From Gammaproteobacteria bacterium (GTDB lineage Bacteria; Pseudomonadota; Gammaproteobacteria; Chromatiales; Chromatiaceae), in contig JAHJDE010000093.1 in NCBI GenBank assembly GCA_018812525.1, forward strand, positions 27,288-91,287: a DNA stretch of 64,000 bases. Reading direction: 5' to 3'. The notes beneath the pieces were generated by a model, which saw only the letters and a program-made list of their open reading frames with translations, was not told the origin of the DNA and did no database searches. This document shows, piece by piece, positions 1 to 9,552 of the stretch; the stretch's first letter is position 1, and every line of letters begins with the position of its first letter. Both the position numbers and the translations under genes were made by a program.

Positions 1-261
1 GATGGCGACCCGCGTCAATGCCAGGGGATGGCACAGGGGGACCAAGTCACTAGTCTTCTTGGCCGCCATGATGCCGGCGATACGCGCGATGCCCAGGACA
101 TCGCCCTTTTTGTGCCCACCCTGCTCAATCAATTCCAGGGTCCCAGGCTCCATGCGGATGCGACCCTCGGCAACGGCAATACGGTGCGTAACGGACTTGG
201 CGCTCACATCAACCATGTGAGCCTGGCCATCGGCATCGAAATGGGTCAGTTCGTTCATCAT
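1..261 (-). CDS. moaC: cyclic pyranopterin monophosphate synthase MoaC, N-terminal part (gene continues past window start)
   Basis: Not in ORF track because it runs off the edge. My translation of the minus strand from ATG at 261: [87 protein letters not shown]. This carries the MoaC signature KGDVL..ARIAGI.AAK.T..L.PLCHPL. ATGA start/stop overlap with the upstream gene. Confidence 0.9.
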   Translation of the reverse strand, partial: MMNELTHFDADGQAHMVDVSAKSVTHRIAVAEGRIRMEPGTLELIEQGGHKKGDVLGIARIAGIMAAKKTSDLVPLCHPLALTRVAI

Positions 262-806
262 CCCGCCAACTCGCTGTAGCCCTGTTCCAGTAATTTGGAG
301 ACCTCACGGATCTCAAAGGTCATGCCTTCCAGATCGGCGAGGATATAAGTGGCAGGTGTCCTGCCTACCCCGCCGATGGTTCCGGGGTTGACCAGCATGG
401 TGACTCCGTCGTTGACATTGGTGATCTGTTCGATGCTTGTCTTATGGGTGTGGCCGAAACAGACCAGATCCCAATCGCCCGTCGCCGCCATGGCACGCGC
501 GTAATGGGGATAATGCACAAGGAAGATGCGCTTACCGTTTAGTGTAATACCAGCGTCCATGCCGTGGTATTGGATGATGCTCTCTGGCCGGTTCGCCATG
601 GTAGCGAGGGTGAAGAGATCGCCGCTGTTATTGCCGTGAATGACATGCACAGGAAGACCATATTTCTCCAGGCAACGCAGGGTACTAGGCGCTACCAGGT
701 CACCGCAATGGAGCACCACTTCAGCCCCTGCCTCCTTTGCGGCAGCGACAGCTGCATCCAGAAGCGGGATATGATCATGACTGTCAGAGAGGATGCAGGC
801 CTTCAT
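258..806 (-). CDS. metallophosphoesterase, YfcE/MJ0936 family
   Basis: ORF track 182 aa. Motifs SDSHD, HCGD, GNNSGD and GHTH are typical of calcineurin-like phosphoesterases. Stop overlaps the moaC start. Confidence 0.85.
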   Translation of the reverse strand: MKACILSDSHDHIPLLDAAVAAAKEAGAEVVLHCGDLVAPSTLRCLEKYGLPVHVIHGNNSGDLFTLATMANRPESIIQYHGMDAGITLNGKRIFLVHYPHYARAMAATGDWDLVCFGHTHKTSIEQITNVNDGVTMLVNPGTIGGVGRTPATYILADLEGMTFEIREVSKLLEQGYSELAG

Positions 807-1024
807 GATCAGAAATGCGGGAGTTCGGGCGCATTGTTCTGTGACAGTACAACGTCCATGACGTTGATCTCGTCGGGAAAATCACAATTGGTGCTGACTC
901 TTTCCAGATCCATTCGGCTGTCTCCAAGGGGGGGTTGGATTTTTAGAGCTAATGAACGACAATAGGCCGGTGAAACCGGCCTAACGGCAAGATACCCGCA
1001 TGCCGCATCGGTTACAAGGCGGAA

Positions 1025-1231
1025 TTAGCACTGACCGGCAAGGAATGTATCGACCGGGGTTTGCGCCAGATCCGGCGGCATGGACATTTCAGAAAATGTA
1101 GGTCGGACGATGGAAATCTCTCCAGGACCCAACTCCAGCCTGCTCTGTTCGAGGGGAGGATGGTCCGCAAGGGGTTCATTACGCCCTATCTCGGCGATAT
1201 CGCCGGTCGTCATGTTAATTATGGTCTTCAT
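1025..1231 (-). CDS. hypothetical small protein (68 aa)
   Basis: Internal ATG of the 81-aa ORF is preceded by a perfect Shine-Dalgarno sequence (GAAGGAGGttgtgATG on the minus strand). Product MKTIINMTTGDIAEIG...FLAGQC matches no family I recognise. Confidence 0.5.
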   Translation of the reverse strand: MKTIINMTTGDIAEIGRNEPLADHPPLEQSRLELGPGEISIVRPTFSEMSMPPDLAQTPVDTFLAGQC

Positions 1232-1371
1232 CACAACCTCCTTCATGGGGTTCATCCAGATTTTGGCCATTCCCGAAAATCTCTGGGTTCGGCTACGGCT
1301 CCCTGGAACCCAGTGTCAACAAGGGACAACTGTCACCGAAAACGCGCCCTCCATGGCATTCCTAACAACTA

Positions 1372-1523
1372 GAGGTTCTTGCAAAACTGCAAGAACCACT
1401 TGCGGTTCAGGGATGAACCGCCATTTTCAATGACCTAAGCCATTGAAAATGAAGAAAACGAAAAATCGCATTTTTCGTTTTCGCCTTGCAAAATGGCCAG
1501 GATGGCCATTTTGCAAGTTCCTC
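1372..1523 (+). mobile_element. MITE-like five-hairpin repeat, copy 1
   Basis: About 96% identical to 19902-20049 by manual alignment. Imperfect terminal inverted repeats GAGGTTCTTGCAAAA / TTTTGCAAGTTCCTC. Flanked by direct ACTA at 1368-1371 and 1524-1527. Contains five perfect stem-loops. Confidence 0.8.
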
Positions 1524-1585
1524 ACTATAGAGATAGGTTTGTTGGTAAATTGTTCAAGGGAGCGCTTTGGGAATTGCCAACTTCA

Positions 1586-3199
1586 TCACAACTTATTCTC
1601 AACGGAATTGGTTTGTGATGAAAATAGCCCCGACAGCCGATTGGGGTCGAAATCCTCTGGAGGCGGCATCAGTCCGGTAATTCGTTGCTGCCCTTCGAGC
1701 AAAGCTCTGTGTTCACTTGCTAGGGAATCCCATACTCTTTCAAAGGCCCGTCTCAGCGCCTCGCTGCCCTTTGGGATCCCAGCCTTCAGGCCGCGTCGAA
1801 CGATGGAGACCGGTGAGGGTTTCAGGTGCCGATGCAGAAACCAGGGTATTGCCCAGGCCAGTGTGATCAACAGGATGCTGTGAACGGCAAAATCTATACC
1901 CAGAAAGGAAGCCTTGGACTGTAGCGCGTCGGAATAGACTCGGACCAGATGCTGTGCAGCCCAGCCCGCCGCGGACAGGGGCATAAGCCACTCCAAAAAC
2001 CCGCACAGCCAATGAAGGCTGCGTTGCAGCCACGAGCCTGGATGCGCCAGGGAGTTGTCGAGGGAGGACCTCAGAACCTGTCGATACAGATCGTCGCTGG
2101 CCACAGCATTTCCCTGGAGAAGGCGTTGCATAGGCTTGACCGGCAATGAGCGGGAGCGAAGCCCCTCAAGGAGCAGACTGTTCCATTGCTCCAGCAAGAC
2201 CGATTCCGTTTCCGTCCATAAGGCGTCAGCAAGCCCTGGCAGGCGATCCGGTAGTGATTCCTCGTCTATCCGGCTGGTGCGGAGGCTCTCCGTCAATCTA
2301 AGCGCGCGGTCCCCAAGCCGCCTTTCCAGTCGCCTCAGCCGAGGAACAATAACTTCTCCCCAGTTCCCCCTGGCCTGGTCCCAGAGAACCGTCGCACCGG
2401 TCCGAGCAATGAGGCGTTCAGCTTCCTTGGCCAATTCATCCTGGCGTACCCGGAGACCGAGCCGCTGCAATAGTTCCAGGCCATAATTCTGGATGGCCCG
2501 TTTGAGGATGTCCTCAAGTTGCAGGAAATCGTCCTCGATCCCCTCACCGAAACAGGAAGTGCGCAGGATACGGGGTGCCTTAAAACCCTCGGCCTCCAGC
2601 CTGAGGCGGAAATCGTTCAGTTGCTCGCTACGGCCCCGGTCCCATTGGTTCATGACGAACAACCAGGCGTGCCGGCGGCCGCGTTGCTGGAGAAAACGCC
2701 AACCGAGATCGTCCTGATAGCGCTCCGGGCTGACCACGTAGACTATCCAGTCCAGGTAGGGAAGCCAGGCCACGACCAGATCGCGGTTGCGGGCCTCCGT
2801 GCTATCCATGTCCGGCATGTCGAGCCAGGCCAGGAGGCCGCGTTCGGGGATGTCGTGGTAGGCAAGCCGGGTTTGATCCACGGGCAACTCGGGCGGCAGC
2901 AGACTCAGCCTGAAATCTCTGTGCAAGTAGAGGGTAACCTCGTGGGAGGTGGGGCGTTCGATCCCGACGCGGGCGATGGATTTCCCGGCCAAGCGGTTGA
3001 GCAGGCTGCTCTTGCCAACCCCGGTGCCGCCGAACAGCCCGACGAGCAGGGGGCGATGGTGCTTGTTTTCAAACAAGGCAGCGGCCTGCTGGTGTTCGAT
3101 CCTCTCGATTCCCCTCAGGTCATCACCCTCAAGCCAGCCTGCGCTTTGCGCCTCGCGGGCCCACGCCAGGATCGCTTGATGAAGGGTCGCAAGGTCCAT
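1586..3199 (-). CDS. P-loop GTPase, dynamin-like/MMR_HSR1-type, hydrophobic C-terminus (paralog B)
   Basis: 537 aa. G1 GGTGVGKSS, switch motif LDMPDMDS, G4-like NQWD. C-terminal hydrophobic stretch FLGIDFAVHSILLITLAWAIPWFL. Start overlaps the stop of the upstream GTPase by 1 nt (TGATG). Confidence 0.75.
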   Translation of the reverse strand: MDLATLHQAILAWAREAQSAGWLEGDDLRGIERIEHQQAAALFENKHHRPLLVGLFGGTGVGKSSLLNRLAGKSIARVGIERPTSHEVTLYLHRDFRLSLLPPELPVDQTRLAYHDIPERGLLAWLDMPDMDSTEARNRDLVVAWLPYLDWIVYVVSPERYQDDLGWRFLQQRGRRHAWLFVMNQWDRGRSEQLNDFRLRLEAEGFKAPRILRTSCFGEGIEDDFLQLEDILKRAIQNYGLELLQRLGLRVRQDELAKEAERLIARTGATVLWDQARGNWGEVIVPRLRRLERRLGDRALRLTESLRTSRIDEESLPDRLPGLADALWTETESVLLEQWNSLLLEGLRSRSLPVKPMQRLLQGNAVASDDLYRQVLRSSLDNSLAHPGSWLQRSLHWLCGFLEWLMPLSAAGWAAQHLVRVYSDALQSKASFLGIDFAVHSILLITLAWAIPWFLHRHLKPSPVSIVRRGLKAGIPKGSEALRRAFERVWDSLASEHRALLEGQQRITGLMPPPEDFDPNRLSGLFSSQTNSVENKL

Positions 3200-4944
3200 C
3201 AGGGAGACAATTCCTCTAGAGCAGACTCGGCCCGCGCCAGCTCTTCAGATGTTATGCTGAATAGACCCGCTCTCGGCATCTCTCTTGGCGCGTCGGCAAG
3301 CAGTTGCGCCAGGGGTTGCAGCAGATGGGTCTTTACCGATGCGGCCTGGGCCCGTTTCAGCTCTCTCTCAACGCCATGCATGTATTGCCCTACCGCCCCC
3401 TCGGTCAACATGGCGGTGAAGGAGAGCATGGCTGGGGTGAGAAGGAGGTCGTTCAGGCCGATCCCTCCGGTTTTCAAGGCCAGGATCACCGCTGCGGCAT
3501 CGGCGGTTACCCGTGCTACGCGGAGGGAATTGAGTAGGGCCGGATGATCTTCGAGGTGGCGATAGAGGCTTCTTGCGGCAGCTTCAATCTCCGGCAGGAA
3601 GGCGGCCCTGTGTCCGGCAATCAGTTCAGCGCCAGCCGCCCGCAAGACCGCCTCACGGTCGTGAAGGTGGCGCCAGAGGTGATGCCACCAAAGCCGATCC
3701 TCTGGCGCCCCTTCCCCGGCGCGCTCTCCGGCGATACGCTGGAGCCTGAGGAGGAGCTGGTCGATAGCCTCACCCAGTACCAGCACCTCCGAGGAGCTTT
3801 CCTCTGTGTCGTCACGCGGGACCGTCCTCAGCCATCGCCCGAGCCGGCGTGCGGGCCAAGTCAAGAGGTGACGCGCCCGTGCCATCGGCACGGCCAGCCC
3901 AGGCACCTCAAGCAGCCCGAGGAGTTGGACGACCGCGCGGTCGAGGGTCTCCCGGTAGTCGGGATTGCGAAGGTAGCTTCGCTCGAAATACTCACCCGCT
4001 GCGGCCAGCATCTTTTCCACCGCATCTTCCCAATGGCAGGCGGATTCCTGCTCCCGGCGAACAGGGGCGGTCCAGAGTGGCCAGTGGAGATCGAGCAAGG
4101 GCTTCAATAATGGCGGTGAATTGGACGGGCTGCGAGTCAACTCCCCCAGGAAACCAGACCGTAGTTGCACCACAGCCTCGCTGGCGCCCATTGAACCCCA
4201 GTCGGCCTCGGTCACATAAGGGATGGGCTGAATCACTGGGCAGGCCATGCCTTCCTGTTCGAATTTGAGTTGCAGCGCTGCTACCAGGTGCGGCCTGGAC
4301 TCCTCGTCAATCTTGTTGAGCACTACCAGCAATTGGATTCCAGCGGGGGAGAGCAGCCGTAGCAGCTCCCATACGGTTCGGTCGGCGTATTTCTCCTTGC
4401 TTACCACTAGAACCAAGAGATCGGCCAGGGCACAGAACAAAGGAACAGTGAAGCGGTAGTCGCGAGAGCTTACCGAATCGAAATCGGGTGTATCCCAGAG
4501 AATCAGCGGCTGTTCGATGCCTAAGGCCCCAGCTGCACCAGCTTCGGTGAGGGAGTAACGGTCAAACCGATCCGGGGTGAGCCGCTCGGGGGCAGCGCGC
4601 TCCATGTGGGGCAGCAGCTTGGCGGTTGTCCTTGCCATCGCTTCCGCCAGGGATGGCAGGCAAAACCCCTGGGCATGGCGGGTATAGCCTGCAAGGGCGC
4701 TGACCCCCGCGTAATCACCATCGAGCAAGAGGTTCACGAGGGTGCTTTTGCCGACTTGGGTGGGGCCGATGATAACGACCTGGAGCGGCGTTTCGTCAGT
4801 TTCCCCGCGCAAAAGCCCCTTACGCAGCAATCCCTCGGCAAGGAGCAGGGATTGCCGCTCCAGGCCCTGCCCCTTTTGCTCCCTAAAGCCGGCTTGGAGG
4901 TGGACGATGAAAGTCAGTAGGGTTTCCATCGCTATGCTGTTCAT
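3199..4944 (-). CDS. P-loop GTPase, dynamin-like/MMR_HSR1-type (paralog A)
   Basis: 581 aa. G1 GPTQVGKST, switch motif WDTPDFDS, G4 NKID. Long helical C-terminal half. First gene of a two-gene operon. Confidence 0.75.
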   Translation of the reverse strand: MNSIAMETLLTFIVHLQAGFREQKGQGLERQSLLLAEGLLRKGLLRGETDETPLQVVIIGPTQVGKSTLVNLLLDGDYAGVSALAGYTRHAQGFCLPSLAEAMARTTAKLLPHMERAAPERLTPDRFDRYSLTEAGAAGALGIEQPLILWDTPDFDSVSSRDYRFTVPLFCALADLLVLVVSKEKYADRTVWELLRLLSPAGIQLLVVLNKIDEESRPHLVAALQLKFEQEGMACPVIQPIPYVTEADWGSMGASEAVVQLRSGFLGELTRSPSNSPPLLKPLLDLHWPLWTAPVRREQESACHWEDAVEKMLAAAGEYFERSYLRNPDYRETLDRAVVQLLGLLEVPGLAVPMARARHLLTWPARRLGRWLRTVPRDDTEESSSEVLVLGEAIDQLLLRLQRIAGERAGEGAPEDRLWWHHLWRHLHDREAVLRAAGAELIAGHRAAFLPEIEAAARSLYRHLEDHPALLNSLRVARVTADAAAVILALKTGGIGLNDLLLTPAMLSFTAMLTEGAVGQYMHGVERELKRAQAASVKTHLLQPLAQLLADAPREMPRAGLFSITSEELARAESALEELSP

Positions 4945-5015
4945 CTGTAAACTTTACCCTGACTGCATCCTCATCTGAAGTGAATTGATCTGAAGTAAAC
5001 TGCATCGGAGTCTCC

Positions 5016-5291
5016 TTGAACGACAAAGCCACCCCCTGTTGGATCTACCGCAGCCCGAGGCAGTCGGAGATGTATCTCTATCTGTCCGAGAAGGACGACT
5101 TCGATCGGCTGCCCGAGGCGCTGATGGTCCGCTTCGGAAGGCCCGAACCGGTCATGGAGCTCTTGCTGCACACCGGCAGGAAGCTGGCCAGGGCCGATGC
5201 GGGGCTTGTGCTGCAGGAGCTTGCCGTGCGTGGCTTCTATCTCCAGATGCCGCCTGAGATTCAGGCAGACCTCTACGACGCCGAGGCCTGA
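5016..5291 (+). CDS. ycgL: YcgL domain-containing protein
   Basis: 91 aa with a TTG start 5 nt after GGAG. WIYRS...EMYLYL...DDF.R.PE.L...FG.P..VM.L.L...RKLARAD...V...L...GFYLQ.PP matches the YcgL/DUF709 pattern from memory. Confidence 0.8.
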   Translation: MNDKATPCWIYRSPRQSEMYLYLSEKDDFDRLPEALMVRFGRPEPVMELLLHTGRKLARADAGLVLQELAVRGFYLQMPPEIQADLYDAEA

Positions 5292-5358
5292 TCCTGCAGG
5301 CCCCCATAATTTCGTATCCTCTCCTGAATTCGTCGCCAAGGATAATAAAGGACCACTC

Positions 5359-6045
5359 ATGAAAAAATTTTTGATCATAACGGCCGGAATCGGCCTGCTA
5401 TTGGCTGCCACCTGGATCCTGGCACCCAGGCCGGAACAGCCGACGCGACTGACCGAGATGCCCTGGCAGATCGAAATCTTCGAGGATGGCACTTCCAGGG
5501 TGATGGGCATCCATATCGGCAAGGCGACTCTTTCAGATGTGGTAGAACGCTATGGAAGGCCGCAAGGAATAGCCCTCTTTATGAACCAGGGAGGGAGCAT
5601 GTCACTGGAGGCCTACTTCGATAGCATCAAGAACGGTCCCTTTTCAGCCAAGTTGATTGTGACCCTGGTGGCCGAGCACCCTGAGATGCAGGCATTGGCC
5701 GAGCGCGCCATAGGCCGGGAGGGTGGCCCGAGCGGAGATCAACGCCTGTTATTGGCGGAGCAGGACAAGCCCCTCCAGACCCATCGCCTGATCTCTGGCC
5801 TGACCTATATCCCTGCCTATGGTCAACTCGATGCGGACTTTTTTCGTAGCCGTTTTGGAGAACCCAAGGCCTGGCGGCGTAACAACGAGAACAGTGTGAG
5901 CTGGTTTTACCCGGAGAGGGGGTTGAGCATTCTCCTCGATTCCAAGGGGAAGGAAGTGCTGCAATACGAGGCGCCCAGGGACTATCCTGGACCTGAGGAA
6001 CTCCCTTCGGATGATGAGAACAAAGGGACGGGCCATGCTCAATAA
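5359..6045 (+). CDS. hypothetical exported/membrane-anchored protein
   Basis: Internal ATG of the 282-aa ORF gives MKKFLIITAGIGLLLAATWILA, a signal-anchor-like N-terminus. The upstream extension overlaps ycgL. Confidence 0.6.
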   Translation: MKKFLIITAGIGLLLAATWILAPRPEQPTRLTEMPWQIEIFEDGTSRVMGIHIGKATLSDVVERYGRPQGIALFMNQGGSMSLEAYFDSIKNGPFSAKLIVTLVAEHPEMQALAERAIGREGGPSGDQRLLLAEQDKPLQTHRLISGLTYIPAYGQLDADFFRSRFGEPKAWRRNNENSVSWFYPERGLSILLDSKGKEVLQYEAPRDYPGPEELPSDDENKGTGHAQ

Positions 6046-6233
6046 TGGGGGGGTGGCGGCTCCAATTCGACGGGAGAGAGGTTGAGTTCACGGATCAGGG
6101 TACTCATCCTGCTGACTTCCCCAGCCATTTTGATCATGGCCTTCTGATGCTCCACAAAGGATTCGCTCAGTGCATCTATGGCCACTTCCAGGAAGGCTAT
6201 CCGGCTCTCGATGTCTATTAATCTCTCATCCAC
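6039..6233 (-). CDS. slyX: SlyX family protein
   Basis: 64 aa coiled-coil protein ending in PPPPHY, as SlyX proteins do. Contains RIAFLE. Confidence 0.85.
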   Translation of the reverse strand: MDERLIDIESRIAFLEVAIDALSESFVEHQKAMIKMAGEVSRMSTLIRELNLSPVELEPPPPHY

Positions 6234-6305
6234 AAAATGGGTTTCTCCACTATCAGGTTTGGCTTTCCACTTCCCACACAGAATGCCACGATGTTTCCCT
6301 GAAAC

Positions 6306-7058
6306 CTATCGGTCAGTTTCCGAACCTTCCCTGAACCACAGCCTGACCGCAGGTAAGTAGCGGCGACTGACCTCCAGGCATTCGTCCGTACCGCGAATTT
6401 CCACGCAGGGATTGGCCCCGCCCTCCCGCTTGAGCCCCCCCAGGTAGTCCCGGTTGATCAGTGCATTACGGTGAATGCGCATGAAGCGACCGGCAAAGCG
6501 TTGTTCCAATGAACGCAGACTTTCATCGAGCAATGCCCCGCCGTCCCGGTGGCGCACCACCACATATTTGCTCTCTGCCCGGAAATAAAGGATTTGATCC
6601 ATCTCGATTCGATGCAGGTCGCCACGAAGACGCACACAGACGGATTGTCCAGACAACTCCTTGTCACGGCGCTCCTCGATCGCTTGCAACTGCACCCTGC
6701 TGAGGCTTCTGGCCTTGGCAAGGGCCTGTTGCAGGCGCTCCGATCGGACCGGCTTCAGCAAATAGTCGACGGCATGGTGATCGAAGGCATCCAGTGCGCG
6801 CTCAGGATAGGCGGTGGTGAAGATCACGGCAGGGGGCCGATCCAGCTCCAGCAGCTTCCGCGCCGCCGCCATGCCATCCATGCCAGGCATACGGATATCC
6901 AGCAGTACCAGATCGACCCCACCTTTTCGGCAGAATTCAACGGCTTCCCTTCCGTCCGAGGCCTCGGCCACGATGGAATCGCCCATGCCCAGATCGCCCA
7001 ATAGGGAGCGGAGTCGCGTCCGCGCCAGGGGCTCATCGTCTGCGATCAGAATCTTCAT
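6306..7058 (-). CDS. algR: LytR/AlgR family response regulator
   Basis: 250 aa. REC domain ([13 protein letters not shown]...DIRMPGMDG) plus a C-terminal LytTR region. Downstream of a LytS-type kinase and divergent from argH, as in Pseudomonas algZ-algR. Confidence 0.85.
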   Translation of the reverse strand: MKILIADDEPLARTRLRSLLGDLGMGDSIVAEASDGREAVEFCRKGGVDLVLLDIRMPGMDGMAAARKLLELDRPPAVIFTTAYPERALDAFDHHAVDYLLKPVRSERLQQALAKARSLSRVQLQAIEERRDKELSGQSVCVRLRGDLHRIEMDQILYFRAESKYVVVRHRDGGALLDESLRSLEQRFAGRFMRIHRNALINRDYLGGLKREGGANPCVEIRGTDECLEVSRRYLPAVRLWFREGSETDR

Positions 7059-8085
7059 CGGCCAACAAGGGGAATTCCAGTTGGATTTGATATCGGGCGG
7101 AGTCCTTGACTTCAGTCAATCTGGCGCATTCTCCGAATACCCCATGCAGCCTTTGACGCACATTTTCCAGCGCCATGCCCTGTCCCTTTTTTTGTTGCTC
7201 TGCATCCAGAGATGAAATGGGATTACTCAAGCTGATGACAATCCAATCCCCTTGCCGGTCCCCGATCACCCTGATGATCCCCCCCTCTGGCAACTTCTCG
7301 ATACCGTGATAGACAGCATTCTCCAGCAGGGGCTGGAGGGTCAATCGTGGCAAGGCTGCCTCCTCCGGCAACCCATCCACCGACCATTCCACACGGAGCC
7401 TCTTCCCCAGCCGAAGTCCCTCGATATCCAGGTAGTGCCTGACCAATCTCAACTCCTCCCCCAGGGTGCTGAGCTTATCGATTTCCAAGAGGCTTGCACG
7501 GAATAGATCCGCCAAATCCACGACAACTGTCTCGGCTAATTTAGGGTTGATACGCGTCAGGGTGGCAATGGTGTTCATGCTATTGAACAAAAAATGGGGC
7601 CGGATACGCGATTGCAATGCCTGGAGCCGGGCGCGCGCCTCTGCCGCAGCCTGGATGTGATGCAGGTACTGCACATAGAGATAGCGCAGCAACAGGCCAG
7701 TGAAAATCATGACCACAGCGAGGTTTCTGCCAAGGAACAGGAGATACTCCTCGGGTGGCATCATCAGGCGGTGGCTGATGTCACTCAGGGCCAGGCTCAC
7801 CATGGCCACAGCCATGAGCGTCGCAAGACTTTGCCCCTGAGGCCCGAAGCGACCGATGAGCCAAGGCCGTGTCGCACAGAGTATGGCCGCCGCCGTCAGC
7901 GCCAGCCATTGTGAGTAAAGAGAGCGCAAGCCAAGCCGCAGCCAGAAGTATTGATTTCCCGCATCAGCGATCAGCCCCATGGCTAATACCACCAACTCCG
8001 TGGCAAGGACCAGGAAAAACAGGATTCGAACGGAACATAGGTCCGGTAGCAACGGCTGTTCGCCTCTGATCGCTTTTCTCTCCAT
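7033..8085 (-). CDS. sensor histidine kinase, LytS/AlgZ(FimS) type
   Basis: Multi-TM N-terminus, then the His_kinase motif [17 protein letters not shown] and an HATPase region. Start trimmed to the internal ATG at 8085 ([10 protein letters not shown]) to avoid overlap with argH. Confidence 0.8.
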   Translation of the reverse strand: MERKAIRGEQPLLPDLCSVRILFFLVLATELVVLAMGLIADAGNQYFWLRLGLRSLYSQWLALTAAAILCATRPWLIGRFGPQGQSLATLMAVAMVSLALSDISHRLMMPPEEYLLFLGRNLAVVMIFTGLLLRYLYVQYLHHIQAAAEARARLQALQSRIRPHFLFNSMNTIATLTRINPKLAETVVVDLADLFRASLLEIDKLSTLGEELRLVRHYLDIEGLRLGKRLRVEWSVDGLPEEAALPRLTLQPLLENAVYHGIEKLPEGGIIRVIGDRQGDWIVISLSNPISSLDAEQQKKGQGMALENVRQRLHGVFGECARLTEVKDSARYQIQLEFPLLADEDSDRRR

Positions 8086-8158
8086 ACCTTTGGGTATAAT
8101 CCGGGATTGGCCTCTGAGTATTGCAGAGCCCCATGAACTTGAACAGGTACCAAGAACA

Positions 8159-9547
8159 ATGAACGATGCCGACAAACTCTGGGCCGGTCGTTTCAACGAA
8201 CCCACCGACGCCTTTGTTGAGGCCTTTACCGCCTCGGTGGAGTTTGACAAGCGCCTCTACCGTTATGACATTCAGGGTTCGATGGCCCACGCCACCATGC
8301 TGGCCCGTCAAGGGATACTCAGCGAACAGGAGCGCCAGGCCATATGCGAGGGCCTGACGGCCATAGGCGAGTGTATCGAACGGGGCGCGTTCCAATGGTC
8401 CATCGCCCGCGAGGATGTCCACATGAACATCGAGGCGGCGCTGACCGAGGCCATCGGTGACGCCGGCAAGAAGCTGCATACCGGCCGCTCCCGCAACGAC
8501 CAGGTCGCCACCGATGTGCGCCTCTGGCTGCGCGATGAGATCGATCAGGTCAACCGTGGAATAGCCCGGCTGCAAAGGGTCCTGCTGGACTTGGCCGAGC
8601 GGGAGGCCGATACGATCATGCCCGGCTTCACCCACTTGCAGACCGCCCAGCCGATCAGCTTCGGCCACCACCTGATGGCCTGGTTCGAGATGCTGGACCG
8701 GGATCATGACCGTTTCAGCGACTGTCTCAAGCGCACCAACGTTATGCCGCTCGGGGCCGCAGCCCTGGCCGGGACCAGCTATCCCATCGATCGCCACTAC
8801 ACGGCGGAGCTGCTCGGCTTTGAACGGCCTGCCGCCAATTCCCTGGATGCCGTCTCCGACCGGGACTTCGCCATCGAATTCGCCGCCGCCGCCAGCATCC
8901 TGATGATGCACCTCTCCCGCATGTCGGAGGAGCTGATCATCTGGTCCTCGGCCCAGTTCGGCTTCATCGAGCTTTCGGACGCCTTCTGCACCGGCTCCTC
9001 CATCATGCCGCAGAAGAAGAATCCCGACGTGCCTGAGCTGGTGCGCGGCAAGACCGGGCGGATCTACGGCCACCTCATGGCCCTCCTGACCTTGATGAAG
9101 TCCCAGCCCCTGGCCTACAACAAGGACAACCAGGAAGACAAGGAACCCCTGTTTGACACGGTCGATAACCTCAAGGGTTGCCTCAAGGTCTTCGCCGACA
9201 TGGTACCGGCCATTCGCCCCAAACGGGACGCTATGCGGGCCGCCGCCCTGAAGGGTTACGCCACGGCCACCGATCTGGCCGATTATCTGGCGCGCCGGGG
9301 GCTCCCTTTCCGCGATGCCCACGAGGCGGTGGGCAAAGCCGTCGCCCTATGCGTGGAAAAGGGTTGCGACCTGGCACAACTCTCCCTTGATGAGCTGCGC
9401 GGCTTTTCCGATCGGGTCGGGGATGATGTCTACGAGGTCCTGACCCTGGAAGGCTCCCTGGCCGCCCGCGACCATATCGGCGGCACCGCCCCGGCCCAGG
9501 TCCGCAAGGCCATCGAGCTGGCGCGCTGGCGCATCGACCAGAATTGA
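8159..9547 (+). CDS. argH: argininosuccinate lyase
   Basis: [17 protein letters not shown]... with the [12 protein letters not shown] signature. Start taken at the internal ATG of the 522-aa ORF. Confidence 0.95.
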   Translation: MNDADKLWAGRFNEPTDAFVEAFTASVEFDKRLYRYDIQGSMAHATMLARQGILSEQERQAICEGLTAIGECIERGAFQWSIAREDVHMNIEAALTEAIGDAGKKLHTGRSRNDQVATDVRLWLRDEIDQVNRGIARLQRVLLDLAEREADTIMPGFTHLQTAQPISFGHHLMAWFEMLDRDHDRFSDCLKRTNVMPLGAAALAGTSYPIDRHYTAELLGFERPAANSLDAVSDRDFAIEFAAAASILMMHLSRMSEELIIWSSAQFGFIELSDAFCTGSSIMPQKKNPDVPELVRGKTGRIYGHLMALLTLMKSQPLAYNKDNQEDKEPLFDTVDNLKGCLKVFADMVPAIRPKRDAMRAAALKGYATATDLADYLARRGLPFRDAHEAVGKAVALCVEKGCDLAQLSLDELRGFSDRVGDDVYEVLTLEGSLAARDHIGGTAPAQVRKAIELARWRIDQN

Positions 9548-9552
9548 TCCCG

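Noticed and set aside
1080-1433. Peptide SCKTARTTCGSGMNRHFQ shared by ORFs 1080-1433 and 19505-20080, which suggested a duplicated small protein
   Set aside because: The shared segment is the translated five-hairpin repeat. The flanking parts of the two ORFs are unrelated.
2519-3547. 342-aa plus-strand ORF
   Set aside because: Antisense to the two GTPase genes. No motifs and low-complexity composition.
7964-9322. 452-aa ORF on the minus strand
   Set aside because: Entirely antisense to the well-supported argH. The translation is low-complexity and G/A/H/V-rich. This is a typical shadow ORF of a GC-rich gene.
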